DNA of 64,000 nucleotides from Candidatus Babeliales bacterium (GCA_035455925.1 DATIEE010000006.1:45224-109223), one strand, 5' to 3'. Positions 19,138 through 29,507 are shown, counted from the first letter of the stretch. The notes: generated by a model from the sequence alone, not told the origin. Translations and numbers: made by a program.

Positions 19138-20517
19138 ATGAAATTAATGGGCCAGCAGTATGATAAAATACATGAAATTATTGAAGTAATTAGTCAAAAT
19201 AAAGGCCGTGCTTTGTTAGTTGGTGGCGCAGTGCGTGATATGGTTTTAGGTTTATTATTAAAGGACATTGATATTGAAGTTTATGGTCTTTCGCAATCTC
19301 AATTAGAAAGTATTTTACAAAAATTTGGTCATGTAAATTTAGTAGGAAAATCGTTTGGTGTGTTACGAGTTAGTGGTCTTGATGCTGATTGGTCATTGCC
19401 ACGTGTAGATAGTTCAGGACGCAAACCGACTGTTGAGGTGGATCCGTTTATGTCCATTGAAATTGCTGCACGACGCAGAGACTTAACGATGAATGCAATG
19501 TTGTTTGATATGATAACAGGTGAGCTAATTGACCCGTGTAATGGGATAGATGATATTAAAAAAAAAGTATTACGAACTCCTGATGCACGTTTTTTTATTC
19601 AAGATCCATTACGGTTTTATCGTGTTATGCAATTTATTGCGCGATTTGAAATGATACCAGATGATGAATTGAATGCACTATGCGCCGAGATGGATATTAC
19701 ATCTATTTCACGGGAACGCATTGAAGAAGAATTTAAAAAAATGTTTTTATATGCACAACGGCCCTCACTAGGGATTCGTTGGGTGCATAAAATTGGACGT
19801 TTGTCTGATGTATTACCTGAGCTTGCGGCTACTGTTGGGATAAAACAAAACCCACAATGGCATCCTGAAGGAGATGTTTTTGAGCATACAATGCAATCCC
19901 TTGATGCCGCAGCAGTTATAGCTCAGAGCTATGATAAAGAGTTCGACAAATTAATACTTTTATATGCTGCACTATGTCACGATTTGGGAAAGGTGACGAC
20001 AACTAAAATGGTTAATGGAGTTCTTAAAAGTATTGGCCATGAAAAAGAAAGTAAAAGATTGGCTTGTTTGTTAATGAAACGTATTACGCATAATAGTGAT
20101 TTGATTAATGCAGTTGGCTGTTTAGTTTTACATCATATGGCACCATTGCAATTTGTGCGTAATAAAGCAAAACTGCCTGCATATAAACGTCTAGCAAATA
20201 AATTAGTACATAATGTCACCATGCTTATGCTTATTGATTTATGTAGTGCTGATAGACAAGGTCGAAATGATACAGGGCATGAACCATTAAAGGATAATTT
20301 TTCGGATTTAATGGTTTTTAAACAAAAAGTGGAACAAGCCGGAGTTTCTACAGGTCGTATCGATCCGTTATTAAAAGGTGCTGACCTGCTTGATATATTA
20401 TCGCCAGGGCCTCAAATGGGAAAATTGTTGACATACGCATATGAAAAACAACTTGCGGAGGATATTAGTGATAAAGCTATTTTAAAAAAACATGTTATTA
20501 AAAAAATGAAAAAATAG
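19138..20517 (+). CDS. cca: CCA-adding enzyme / tRNA nucleotidyltransferase with HD domain
   Basis: LLVGGAVRD, DIDIEV, RRRDLTMNAM nucleotidyltransferase motifs plus an HD motif (ALCHDLGK). Confidence 0.85.
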   Translation: MKLMGQQYDKIHEIIEVISQNKGRALLVGGAVRDMVLGLLLKDIDIEVYGLSQSQLESILQKFGHVNLVGKSFGVLRVSGLDADWSLPRVDSSGRKPTVEVDPFMSIEIAARRRDLTMNAMLFDMITGELIDPCNGIDDIKKKVLRTPDARFFIQDPLRFYRVMQFIARFEMIPDDELNALCAEMDITSISRERIEEEFKKMFLYAQRPSLGIRWVHKIGRLSDVLPELAATVGIKQNPQWHPEGDVFEHTMQSLDAAAVIAQSYDKEFDKLILLYAALCHDLGKVTTTKMVNGVLKSIGHEKESKRLACLLMKRITHNSDLINAVGCLVLHHMAPLQFVRNKAKLPAYKRLANKLVHNVTMLMLIDLCSADRQGRNDTGHEPLKDNFSDLMVFKQKVEQAGVSTGRIDPLLKGADLLDILSPGPQMGKLLTYAYEKQLAEDISDKAILKKHVIKKMKK

Positions 20518-20647
20518 TCAAAAAAAAGAGATTCTTGCTTACTGCTTATTGTTTTTCATTGCAATTATTATGCGTAAATGTATACTAATTTGGTGACTAT
20601 AAGGGTAATATGCATTATTAATAATTTTTTTAAAGGCGTGGAGATAC

Positions 20648-21166
20648 ATGAATAAGTTTTATAAGCAAATGAGTTTATTATTATTTTTTGTAATTTTTGG
20701 CACAATATTGCCGAGTCATGATGTAAATAATGAAGGTTTAGAACTGGAAGTTTTTATTTCATCGCAAAATGAACTAATATCATCACAAGAGCAACAAGTT
20801 AATTGTTATAAAAAATATTCATTACGCATCGCGAGCGCGCTTATTATAGCAGCGATTATAACCTATCTATATGCCCTACGTAATGATAAAGTTATATCAC
20901 CATTGACGTTGTTGTCAGGAATGTTTTTTGTAACAAAGAAGATTAAAGAAAATAATATGAATGACAATTCGTCGTCTAATACATTAGAATTAACTGATAA
21001 AGATGTAAGCAATGAAAACAATAATAATGACGATGAACGGGATAAAAAGCAAAACTTTAAAGATGAGGTAATAGAAATCGTTAATGATTGGCTTGATCCA
21101 AACAAAAAAGATAATACGTATGTTTCTGAGTTAGGTATAGATCTTGGTGATAAGTTTGGCCTATAA
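20648..21166 (+). CDS. hypothetical membrane protein with acidic/Asn-rich C-terminus
   Basis: 172-aa ORF with two hydrophobic segments. Confidence 0.35.
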   Translation: MNKFYKQMSLLLFFVIFGTILPSHDVNNEGLELEVFISSQNELISSQEQQVNCYKKYSLRIASALIIAAIITYLYALRNDKVISPLTLLSGMFFVTKKIKENNMNDNSSSNTLELTDKDVSNENNNNDDERDKKQNFKDEVIEIVNDWLDPNKKDNTYVSELGIDLGDKFGL

Positions 21167-21199
21167 TAGTTAATTTACTTACGAATGTAAATAATGTAT

Positions 21200-21254
21200 G
21201 CCTGCTGTCTTAATTATACAAATTAAGACAGCAGGCTCTTTATTTTGATTTTTT
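21200..21254 (+). terminator. rho-independent terminator
   Basis: 16-bp perfect stem GCCTGCTGTCTTAATT/AATTAAGACAGCAGGC with a 5-nt loop, followed by tctttattttgatttttt. Confidence 0.75.
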
Positions 21255-22374
21255 CACCACTATCACTAAGAAAATTTACGTGCCACTGCCACTGTCACCA
21301 GATCCGCCAATCGATATGGCGCAAGTATATTTGTACTTAGATAAAGCCGTCTATGCAGTTGCTGAGTTAAACGGGGTTGCAAAATCAATTCCAAATATTT
21401 CTCTTTTTACTTATATGTACGTACGTAAAGAGGCATTACTATCGCCCCAAACAGAAGGCACGCACAGTTTCTTTGCAGATTTGATTTTATCTGGAAATGC
21501 TCAAAGCCCTCATGTAGCAAGAGAAGATGTTGAAGAAGTTTAATCTATGTTGCTGCGCTTAATCATGGTTTACAACGCATAAAAGATCGGTTTCCTTTAA
21601 GTTTACGGTTAATCCGAGAGATTCATAGTGTATTGTTGAGTGGTTGTCGGGATAAACATAAAAGTCTTGGTGAATTTAGAAAATCACAAAATTGGATTGG
21701 TGGGTCAAGGCCAGGTAATGCTTTATTTGTACCGCCATCACCTGAATATTTAAAAGAATGTTTGGCTGATTTGGAAAGTTTTTTTTATGATACAAAGCAG
21801 CCATATCATATCCTCATTAAGGCAGCATTAGTTCATGTACAGTTTGAGACAATACATCCTTTTTTAGATGGTAATGGTAGACTTGGACGTCTTTTTGTTA
21901 TTTTAATGTTGTGCGAAGATGGTTTTTTTACCAGCACCAATTTTGTATATCAGTTTATATTTAAAGCAACATTGCAATCAATACTATGAGTTATTGCAGC
22001 AGGTACGTGAACAAGGTGCGTGGGAAGCGTGGGTTGAATTTTTTTTACAAGGCATTACCCATTCGGCTCAACAAGCTTGTCTAACGATAGACAAAATTAA
22101 TGCACTATTTGCATATGACATAGCCATGGTTAACACGCTTGGTAGAGCGTGATTTTCAGCAACATTGGTTTTTGAAAATTTAAAAAAATTACCTCAAGTA
22201 TCTGTCGCATTTATTGCACAAGAGCTTGATATATCAGAACCTACAGCGAGAACTGCATTGGTTCATTTGCAACAATTAAATATTGTTGCAGAAGTGACGG
22301 GTAAATTACGTAATAAAACATATGTTTATAAAAAATATCTTACTATTTTAGAGCAGGGCGCTGAACCATTATAA
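21250..22374 (+). pseudogene. Fic/Doc-family protein, disrupted by multiple frameshifts
   Basis: Fic-family blocks appear in order but in different frames: KEALLSPQTEGT (21280..21543), HPFLDGNGRLGR Fic motif (21633..21989), LYISLYLKQHCNQYYELLQQVREQGAWEAW (21919..22152), and C-terminal winged-helix TGKLRNKTYVYKKYL (22165..22374). Confidence 0.75.
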
Positions 22375-22382
22375 AATAAATA

Positions 22383-22410
22383 TTGACAAATTGATTATTA
22401 TTAATATAAT
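22383..22410 (+). promoter_or_regulatory. consensus sigma70-like promoter (TTGACA-16-TATAAT)
   Basis: Exact TTGACA at 22383..22388 and TATAAT at 22405..22410 with a 16-nt spacer, ~40 nt upstream of the ORF starting at 22452. Confidence 0.5.
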
Positions 22411-22451
22411 ATCGATACTAACAATAATATTATTATATTAAAGGTTTTTTT

Positions 22452-23270
22452 ATGAATAGGAAATATAATAGCCTAATCATGATACTGATACTTTATTCGA
22501 CCTCATTGAGTTCCACTACCAATAATAGTTACGATACCGTTAATAAAACTCGCTATGATAAAATGGTTAAATCTTTATTAAGTTTGACTGCCAAAATAGC
22601 TACGGTGACGTTTGATAAGGCTCGCTATACTGAAATTGTTAAGGCTTTTTCTGATTATTCTGTTCCTTTTGCTAGTGGTGATTTTATAAAAACTGATAAA
22701 GATATTAATATCGTCAAAGATCATCAAGCAATTCTAAAAGAATTATTAGCAAAAAAAGAAGAAAAAAAATCTTTTTTTCATGAAATAATTGAGCCTGAGC
22801 AGTTAATTAACTTTATCGCGGGTGGATCAATTATAGGAGCTTTTTTTTTGGGTAGTTACTATATTCACGGACTTTTTGATATATTACCTGTTTTAAATAC
22901 GCCAGAAAATGCATTGGGTTTAAGTTACTGGGATTTTATGAAAAAAAGTATATTTGGTATTGAATTAGATAGAGAAAAGGCTACCATTACATCTAATGTT
23001 GTAAGTACACTATCACCTCTTGAACAAAAGTTGTTTTTGATAAATGAGCAATGGCCCCTTAATGGTGTGAGGGCGCTGGTCTTGGCAGGTATTGCTAAAT
23101 ATTTGTTTAATAAATTCTATGTTTTTGAGGAGATAGGATCTTTTCCGAAGCGCAAAATTTTTGATTATGAGCGCCAAATTCTTTATTATGAGACATATGA
23201 GAAAGAAATTTTGAAAAAGTATATTGAGTATGACCATAAAATCATTAAAGCTTTAGAAAAACTTGAATAG
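22452..23270 (+). CDS. hypothetical secreted protein
   Basis: 272-aa ORF with signal-like N-terminus. Confidence 0.4.
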   Translation: MNRKYNSLIMILILYSTSLSSTTNNSYDTVNKTRYDKMVKSLLSLTAKIATVTFDKARYTEIVKAFSDYSVPFASGDFIKTDKDINIVKDHQAILKELLAKKEEKKSFFHEIIEPEQLINFIAGGSIIGAFFLGSYYIHGLFDILPVLNTPENALGLSYWDFMKKSIFGIELDREKATITSNVVSTLSPLEQKLFLINEQWPLNGVRALVLAGIAKYLFNKFYVFEEIGSFPKRKIFDYERQILYYETYEKEILKKYIEYDHKIIKALEKLE

Positions 23271-23415
23271 TAATATTTATTAAATTAAAGATAAATAAGA
23301 AAAACATTTTAAAATTATGCCTTGACGCCTAAAGATTTTTTTATTTTGTTACCTATCGAGGACTTCATATTTGTGCTAAAATACACACTATATAAGACTT
23401 AATAGGAAAAATAAT

Positions 23416-25062
23416 ATGAATAGTATCGACTGTATTCAAAAAACATTTACAACACACGTCAAAAAGTTATTTAACATAAATATTGCTGTTGATGTGTGTC
23501 GTTTGCATATTAATGTTGACGAGGCCAAACAGGCATTTGGTAATTTATCCACAAGCGTAGCATTGGTGCTTGCAAAAGAGTTGAAGCAAACTCCTCGTGA
23601 TATAGCGATGGAGATTATTAAATCATTTGCGCATCCGTTAGTGGAAAAAGTTGAAATCGCTGGTCCTGGTTTTATTAATATATATCTGACGCCAAAAGCA
23701 TTTATCTATCTTGCACTGGAGTTACATGAACAAAAAAACTATTTTTTTAAACCTGACACGCTAGAAAAAAAATATAATTATTCTCTTGAATTTGTAAGTG
23801 CCAACCCCACAGGACCTTTACATTTTGGTCATGGGCGAGGTGGTATTATTGGAGATGTATTAGGTAATGTATTACGTTTTATTGGACATAATGTTACGAA
23901 AGAATTTTACATCAATGATGCAGGAAATCAAATTCAAAAACTTGGTGAGTCATTTAAAATTCGTTGTTTACAAGTTATAGGTATAGAAGCATCAATTTCT
24001 GAAGATGGTTATCATGGTGAATATCTTTTAGAGCTTGCGCGAGATTGTTTTGCTGAATATGGTAAGGAACTTTTTGAAAAACCTGATATTTTTTTTGCTG
24101 AATATGCAAAGGAAAATTTGCTTGCTGCATTAAAGAATACACTTAAAGAGTATGGTATTGAATACGATGTATGGTTTTCCGAAAAAACATTACATAAGGA
24201 TGGCCTCATACAACAAGCTTTAGATTTGTTACAAAATCGCGGTTTTTTGTTTGAAAAAGATAATGCATTATGGTTACGAACAACACAGTTTGGTGATGAT
24301 AAAGATCGTGTGGTGCGTAAATCAACAGGAGAGTACACATATATTGCGGCAGATATCGCTTATTTAAAAAATAAAGTTGATCGGGGATTTGATAATCTTA
24401 TCCTTGTTCTTGGCCATGATCATCATAGTTATGTTGTGCGTCTTAATGCAGTAAAAGAGGCATTAGGCTACAGTTGCCCACTTGTGGGTATTTTGTATCA
24501 ATTAGTGAAAATATCAGAGGGTGGAGCATTAGTACGTATGTCAAAGCGCGCGGGTGCGATAGTTAGTTTACAAGATATAATTAACACTGTTGGTAAAGAT
24601 GTAGCTCGATTTTTTTATTTGCATCGCAAGGCTGATGCTCAGCTTGAATTTAACCTTGATCTTGCGTTAAAAAGAACAGAGGAAAATCCTGTTTATTACG
24701 TACAATATGCATATGTACGTATGGGTAGTATATTAGAAAAAGCTAAAAAAAATATAAACTTGGCTGATATTAATGCTAATGATGCACATTATATTGGCAA
24801 AGAAGAAGCCTTTTTACTTAAAAAAATTATTTTTCTTGAGCAATTATTATGTGATATTGCTATTAATCATCAAACTCATTTATTGACATATTATGTTGTT
24901 GAATTATCACAGTTATTTCATCGATACTACAGTCATGTACGTGTTATTGATGTTGAAAATAGTGAAAAAAGCCGCGGACGATTGCTGTTAGTAAGCATTT
25001 TGAGAGACACCATTGCGCTCGTTTTAGATCTTCTGGGTATTAGTCATCCGGAAAAAATGTAA
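23416..25062 (+). CDS. argS: arginyl-tRNA synthetase
   Basis: Class I HIGH-region SANPTGPLHFGHGR, DALR anticodon-binding C-terminus; 548 aa. Confidence 0.95.
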   Translation: MNSIDCIQKTFTTHVKKLFNINIAVDVCRLHINVDEAKQAFGNLSTSVALVLAKELKQTPRDIAMEIIKSFAHPLVEKVEIAGPGFINIYLTPKAFIYLALELHEQKNYFFKPDTLEKKYNYSLEFVSANPTGPLHFGHGRGGIIGDVLGNVLRFIGHNVTKEFYINDAGNQIQKLGESFKIRCLQVIGIEASISEDGYHGEYLLELARDCFAEYGKELFEKPDIFFAEYAKENLLAALKNTLKEYGIEYDVWFSEKTLHKDGLIQQALDLLQNRGFLFEKDNALWLRTTQFGDDKDRVVRKSTGEYTYIAADIAYLKNKVDRGFDNLILVLGHDHHSYVVRLNAVKEALGYSCPLVGILYQLVKISEGGALVRMSKRAGAIVSLQDIINTVGKDVARFFYLHRKADAQLEFNLDLALKRTEENPVYYVQYAYVRMGSILEKAKKNINLADINANDAHYIGKEEAFLLKKIIFLEQLLCDIAINHQTHLLTYYVVELSQLFHRYYSHVRVIDVENSEKSRGRLLLVSILRDTIALVLDLLGISHPEKM

Positions 25063-25182
25063 GAAATAAACCATTCTTATTATATTACATTGATAAAAAA
25101 GTCATTTATGGCACAATTAAAAATAGTATTAAGAATAATATTAGATTTTATTTGGGGTATGTATGCCTCATGGAGAAACTAT

Positions 25183-25779
25183 ATGGTAAAAATTGATAAA
25201 GCGCTCCTACAAGAATTAAGAGATCATACAGGTCTTGGTCTTATGGATTGTCGCAAAGCATTGGAAGAGACTGCAGGTAATTTTGATGAAGCACTTGATT
25301 TGCTGCGTAAAAAAGGTGCATTAGTTGCCGCAAAACGTGCAGATAAGGAAACCGGCGAAGGAATTATAAAGGCATACATTCATCCTGGTGATCGCCTTGG
25401 CGTTCTCCTTGAAATTAATTGTGAAACTGATTTTGTTGCTAATACCGATGCAGTACGACAATTCGCACAAGATCTTTGTTTACAAATTGCAGCAAATAAA
25501 GCAATGTACGTAGCACCTGAAAATGTAGACCAAGCATTTTTAGATCATGAAAAAACTATTTTTAATGAGCAAATGGCTGATTCAGGTAAATCTGAAAAAA
25601 TAATTGCCCAAATAGTTGAAGGCAAGGTTAAAAAACTTTACAGTGATATTTGTCTTCTTGAGCAATCATTTATTAAAAATGATCAACTTACCGTAAGAGA
25701 TGTTCTACAGGAACTAATCGCTAAAACTGGTGAAAGCATACGAATCAGAAGATTTTGCCGATTTGAATTGGGCAAGTAA
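25183..25779 (+). CDS. tsf: elongation factor Ts
   Basis: LRDHTGLGLMDCRKALEE N-terminal UBA-like motif. ORF track starts at 25090, but the EF-Ts homology begins at the internal Met (MVKIDKALLQELRD). Confidence 0.85.
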   Translation: MVKIDKALLQELRDHTGLGLMDCRKALEETAGNFDEALDLLRKKGALVAAKRADKETGEGIIKAYIHPGDRLGVLLEINCETDFVANTDAVRQFAQDLCLQIAANKAMYVAPENVDQAFLDHEKTIFNEQMADSGKSEKIIAQIVEGKVKKLYSDICLLEQSFIKNDQLTVRDVLQELIAKTGESIRIRRFCRFELGK

Positions 25780-25800
25780 TATCAAATCAAAGGAACAATT

Positions 25801-26388
25801 ATGGCAGAAATTATTTTGATAGAAAATGATATTAAAAGCTTTCAAAAACCCATGGAAGCTGAAATGGAAAATCCATTAAAGCATTATGAGCGTGAGTTAA
25901 TTAAGATTCGTACGGGTAGAGCACATACATCTATGATAGAAGATATCCCCGTTGCTGTATACGGCCAAGATCCAATACCGCTAAAAGGCCTTGGTGTTGT
26001 ATCTGCACCAGACCCACGCTTATTAACTGTTCAACCATGGGATACATCGATAATTGTTGATATCGAAAAGGCAATCGTTGCATCAGGCATTGGTGTATCG
26101 CCAGCTAATGATGGTAAAACCATCAGATTGCGCTTGCCTGAGATGAGTTCTGATCGTCGCGAAGAACTTGTTAAGATATTGCATAAAAAACTAGAAGAAT
26201 GTAAAGTTTCTATTAGAAATGTTCGTAAAGATTTTAAAAACCTTATTATGGACGCTAAAAAAGATAAAAAGATTTCTGAAAACTTTCATAATCGATTAGC
26301 AGATGTTTTACAAGAAATTACTGATCTCTATATCGGTAAAGTCGAAGTAATGGCTAAGAAAAAAGAAGTTGAACTTTCGACTGTTTAA
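25801..26388 (+). CDS. frr: ribosome recycling factor
   Basis: RTGRAHTSMIEDI motif and typical length. Confidence 0.9.
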   Translation: MAEIILIENDIKSFQKPMEAEMENPLKHYERELIKIRTGRAHTSMIEDIPVAVYGQDPIPLKGLGVVSAPDPRLLTVQPWDTSIIVDIEKAIVASGIGVSPANDGKTIRLRLPEMSSDRREELVKILHKKLEECKVSIRNVRKDFKNLIMDAKKDKKISENFHNRLADVLQEITDLYIGKVEVMAKKKEVELSTV

Positions 26389-26417
26389 AGTTTTTTCCTC
26401 TTTGATCACCTATACAT

Positions 26418-26462
26418 AAAAAAAAGCGAGTGATTATTATCATATAATCCTCGCCTTTTTTA
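26418..26462 (+). terminator. rho-independent terminator downstream of frr
   Basis: Imperfect hairpin gcgagtgattat/ataatcctcgc with A-run before and cttttttt after. Confidence 0.5.
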
Positions 26463-26498
26463 CGATAATGTTTGTAACATGAAAAAAAGGAAATTGTT

Positions 26499-27752
26499 AT
26501 GAAAAATACAAAGAAAATATCTATTATTGTATTGATATTGTTTGTTCTAATATCAAATATAACTATTTGTAGTTTGGTTACAAGGAATCGTAGTGAAATG
26601 TTCCCTGCACTTGAAGTAGTGAAAGCATCAACAACGGCGGAATTAGAAAAACAAATGCATTTGCCTATTGACGATGAATGGTATAAAAAAACAGATGATT
26701 TATTATTAAATTTGCTAACTGTTTATCGACAATTGGCAGCTGATTATTTGAAAAAAATTCATCATATTGAGGAAAAAGCACCTGCGATCCACAGCGAGGA
26801 AGAAGTTGTTGAAAAATTAATTAATAAAGATGAAATAATAAAAAAATTAGAAGTGCAATTTCAGCTACCTAGAGACAGTGAATGGCATAAAAAAGTTTCG
26901 GATTTAATTTTTGATCTTGCAATATTTGATCGTCAATTGGCAAATAGTTATCTCAATCGAGTTTACGAAATCATCAGTGATGATGTACAAAAAATTGCTG
27001 AAAAGGCTGCTATGTCAAGAGATACATCTTCCATTGCACCACCAACTACAACTGGCGGAATGAAGAAAGGCGCACCACCTACTGCTTCTGGTACTGGCGG
27101 CATGAAAAAAGGCGCACCACCTACCGCCCCTAAAGGTGGGCCTGGTAAAAATGGATCGAAAAAGTCTGCCGCAACAACAAAAACCCCCGAAGCAGCAGTA
27201 AAAGAGCCAAAGATTGCAGAACAAATTTTTAGTATAGCTAAGCTTAGTGAATTAGATAATGAGAAACTTCTTGAACTGTTTAATGGACTTTTAGATAAAT
27301 TACCAAGTAATTGGAATGGGCAAGCAGTTGAAAGAATTGAAGAAAAAACGAAGTATGGTTCTAAAGTTTATAATGTATATGGAATTCCTATACCAAAGTG
27401 GTCTAATGACATTGGAACATTAAAAAAAGTTCTTATTATGAAAAATATTATGACAGAAAATGATGTCACAAAAAAAATAATAGATCGCATTAACTTTGTA
27501 CGATCTGAAAAAAATAAAAAGACTGAAGCTAATGTACCATCAGAAGAAAAACCAAAGGAAGAGTTGACAGAGGGAGACATTATTAATTTGATTAAGATAT
27601 TATTAGCAGAACCTAAGACAACAGAAATTGGTTGGGTGGTTTCAACTAAAGGTAACATTAAGGCTCTCGACAAAATGAATCATGAAAAAGCTCTAGAATA
27701 TCATGATCAATTTATTAATCTTACCAAAGAAAGACCTTTTTTAAAAAAATAA
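26499..27752 (+). CDS. hypothetical repeat-containing protein (internal module duplication plus Gly/Pro-rich tandem repeat)
   Basis: N-terminal TM. Two related ~45-aa modules (MHLPIDDEWYKKTDDLLLNLLTVYRQLAADYL vs FQLPRDSEWHKKVSDLIFDLAIFDRQLANSYL) and GGMKKGAPPTA x2. Confidence 0.45.
   Translation: MKNTKKISIIVLILFVLISNITICSLVTRNRSEMFPALEVVKASTTAELEKQMHLPIDDEWYKKTDDLLLNLLTVYRQLAADYLKKIHHIEEKAPAIHSEEEVVEKLINKDEIIKKLEVQFQLPRDSEWHKKVSDLIFDLAIFDRQLANSYLNRVYEIISDDVQKIAEKAAMSRDTSSIAPPTTTGGMKKGAPPTASGTGGMKKGAPPTAPKGGPGKNGSKKSAATTKTPEAAVKEPKIAEQIFSIAKLSELDNEKLLELFNGLLDKLPSNWNGQAVERIEEKTKYGSKVYNVYGIPIPKWSNDIGTLKKVLIMKNIMTENDVTKKIIDRINFVRSEKNKKTEANVPSEEKPKEELTEGDIINLIKILLAEPKTTEIGWVVSTKGNIKALDKMNHEKALEYHDQFINLTKERPFLKK
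27054..27137 (+). repeat. 42-nt tandem repeat (2 copies), GC-rich, inside CDS
   Basis: ggcggaatgaagaaaggcgcaccacctactgc... repeated as ggcggcatgaaaaaaggcgcaccacctaccgc... with a 42-nt period. Confidence 0.6.
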
Positions 27753-27815
27753 GGATTGTAGAAAAAAATAGTTTTCTTTATTTATTTGTATGGTACAATA
27801 TTAACAAGTTAATAT

Positions 27816-27891
27816 GGGTTGCTAGCTCAATTGGCAGAGCAACAGACTCTTAATCTGTGGGTTCTTGGTTCGAGTCCAAGGCAGCCCACCA
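27816..27891 (+). tRNA. tRNA-Lys (anticodon CTT)
   Basis: gggttgctagctcaattggcagagc...acaga/ctCTTaa/tctgt...ggttcgagtcc...gcagccc-a-cca. Confidence 0.85.
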
Positions 27892-27903
27892 TCTTTAAAA
27901 TGT

Positions 27904-27988
27904 GCAAGAGTGGCGGAATTGGCAGACGCGCTGGACTTAGGATCCAGTGCCGAAAGGCGTGTGGGTTCAAGTCCCTCCTCTTGCACCA
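27904..27988 (+). tRNA. tRNA-Leu (anticodon TAG), long variable arm
   Basis: gcaagagtggcggaattggcagacgcg ctgga/ctTAGga/tccag, a long variable arm (tgccgaaaggcgtg), ggttcaagtccc, and ctcttgc-a-cca; 85 nt. Confidence 0.85.
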
Positions 27989-28154
27989 TTATTTTTTAAT
28001 TCTTTTTCTTGTTATCATAACCAATCATTGAGAAAACTAAAAAAATAAAAATACAGACTTGCAAATTTTGATGAAGTGATGCACTATTTAAAAAAAAGTT
28101 TATTGTCAAAGTTTAGTAGGGTATTTATTAAGCTTTTGGCATAGAAAGGTATGT

Positions 28155-29474
28155 ATGAAGCAAAATGTATCACTAGATAACAATATTTTTTTTAGTTTAG
28201 AAAATAATTATGAACAACCAACGGTGTGTTCGGCAAAAATAATTGTTTCCAAATTTTTGGTAAATGTTTTTTTTGAAGAGACGGCAGTTGCGTTACAAAG
28301 CAATATTCAGGCTTATGGATTTCAACATGGGGAGGTACCAATAGAATATATTGTTAAGCAATATAAGATAAATATTATTGAGCACTTGAAAGAATTTTTT
28401 TTTAAGTTCGGTATTGTCAATTTTCTTTTTCAAGAAATAAGGACACGAAAATTACTCGTTGCGGGAGAGCCGCGTCTTATCGATATCTTTTTAGACTATG
28501 ATCATGACGCTCGGTTTATTTTTGAATTAAGCATTTTTCCTGCGATTTCTTTAAATGAATGGAAATATTTTCCCTTTAAAACTCCGAATCGTAAAAATTA
28601 TAAAGATCTTGATAGGCAGGTTGAAACATTCATTCAAGAAGAAGAAAAAAATTTAGAAAAATATATTCCGGACAATGGAATAGCGATTGGTGATTGGGTA
28701 AATTTTGATGTTTCAGTTGTTGATAAGGCCCATACATTTTTGGATGAACGTTTTTCGCAAAATTTTTGGCTTAAATTGGGCAATGAAGATGTTGAAAATC
28801 ATTTGAGATCTTTGTTTTTAGGCAGAAAAAAAGGTGAACAATTTGTCGTGCACAATAAGGGATTACAAGATTATTTTAGTGATCAGTTGCGAGCTTGTTA
28901 TAATTTTAAGGTAACTATCGTTGATTTCGTTTCCTATGCTTATTTTTGCTTTGATCAATTTAAAGATCATTTTAAAGTAAAAACTAATAAAGATATGCAT
29001 AAAAAATTAATTGAAGTTTTTTCCTATCGTAATGATGTATCGCAACGTCTTGCGATGGTAGAAGAAGCATTTAAGTTGCTTCTTTCGCGTCATCGCTTTT
29101 TTGCACCAAATCACCTTGTGTTGCGACAAAAAAAAATTATTTTAAGTGCAATTCAAACTAATCCTGATTATAATGTATATAGAAAACAAAAAGATTTTAA
29201 CTTCTGGATTCAACAGTTGGCTGAAAAACAAGTTAAGGAAATGTTATTAATAGATCAGGTAATCTATCGTGAAAACATTGTTGTTTCTAATGAAGATATA
29301 GTGAACTATTTAAATTTTGATAAGCGCTCTCGCATGAAAGAATTCATTTATTTTAGTTTACCCAACTCTAAGCTGTATGGGCAAGAAACACCATTAGCAA
29401 CACATGAGTTAGGACGTGTATGTGCACGTGAAAAAGCTATTAATTATGTAATTCATTATTTAACAAAAAAATAA
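28155..29474 (+). CDS. tig: trigger factor (divergent)
   Basis: N-terminal ribosome-binding signature GFQHGEVP (GFRxGxxP) and TF-like length of 439 aa. Confidence 0.6.
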   Translation: MKQNVSLDNNIFFSLENNYEQPTVCSAKIIVSKFLVNVFFEETAVALQSNIQAYGFQHGEVPIEYIVKQYKINIIEHLKEFFFKFGIVNFLFQEIRTRKLLVAGEPRLIDIFLDYDHDARFIFELSIFPAISLNEWKYFPFKTPNRKNYKDLDRQVETFIQEEEKNLEKYIPDNGIAIGDWVNFDVSVVDKAHTFLDERFSQNFWLKLGNEDVENHLRSLFLGRKKGEQFVVHNKGLQDYFSDQLRACYNFKVTIVDFVSYAYFCFDQFKDHFKVKTNKDMHKKLIEVFSYRNDVSQRLAMVEEAFKLLLSRHRFFAPNHLVLRQKKIILSAIQTNPDYNVYRKQKDFNFWIQQLAEKQVKEMLLIDQVIYRENIVVSNEDIVNYLNFDKRSRMKEFIYFSLPNSKLYGQETPLATHELGRVCAREKAINYVIHYLTKK

Positions 29475-29507
29475 ATATCGATTAAATTTTAAATAAGAAA
29501 AAACATC

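Noticed and set aside
25090-25182. N-terminal 31-aa extension of tsf in the ORF track
   Set aside because: EF-Ts homology begins at the internal Met (MVKIDKALLQELRDHTGLG). The upstream extension is hydrophobic, unrelated, and probably not translated.
27819-28031. 70-aa ORF overlapping tRNA-Lys and tRNA-Leu
   Set aside because: It lies entirely within two well-formed tRNA genes and is a spurious translation.
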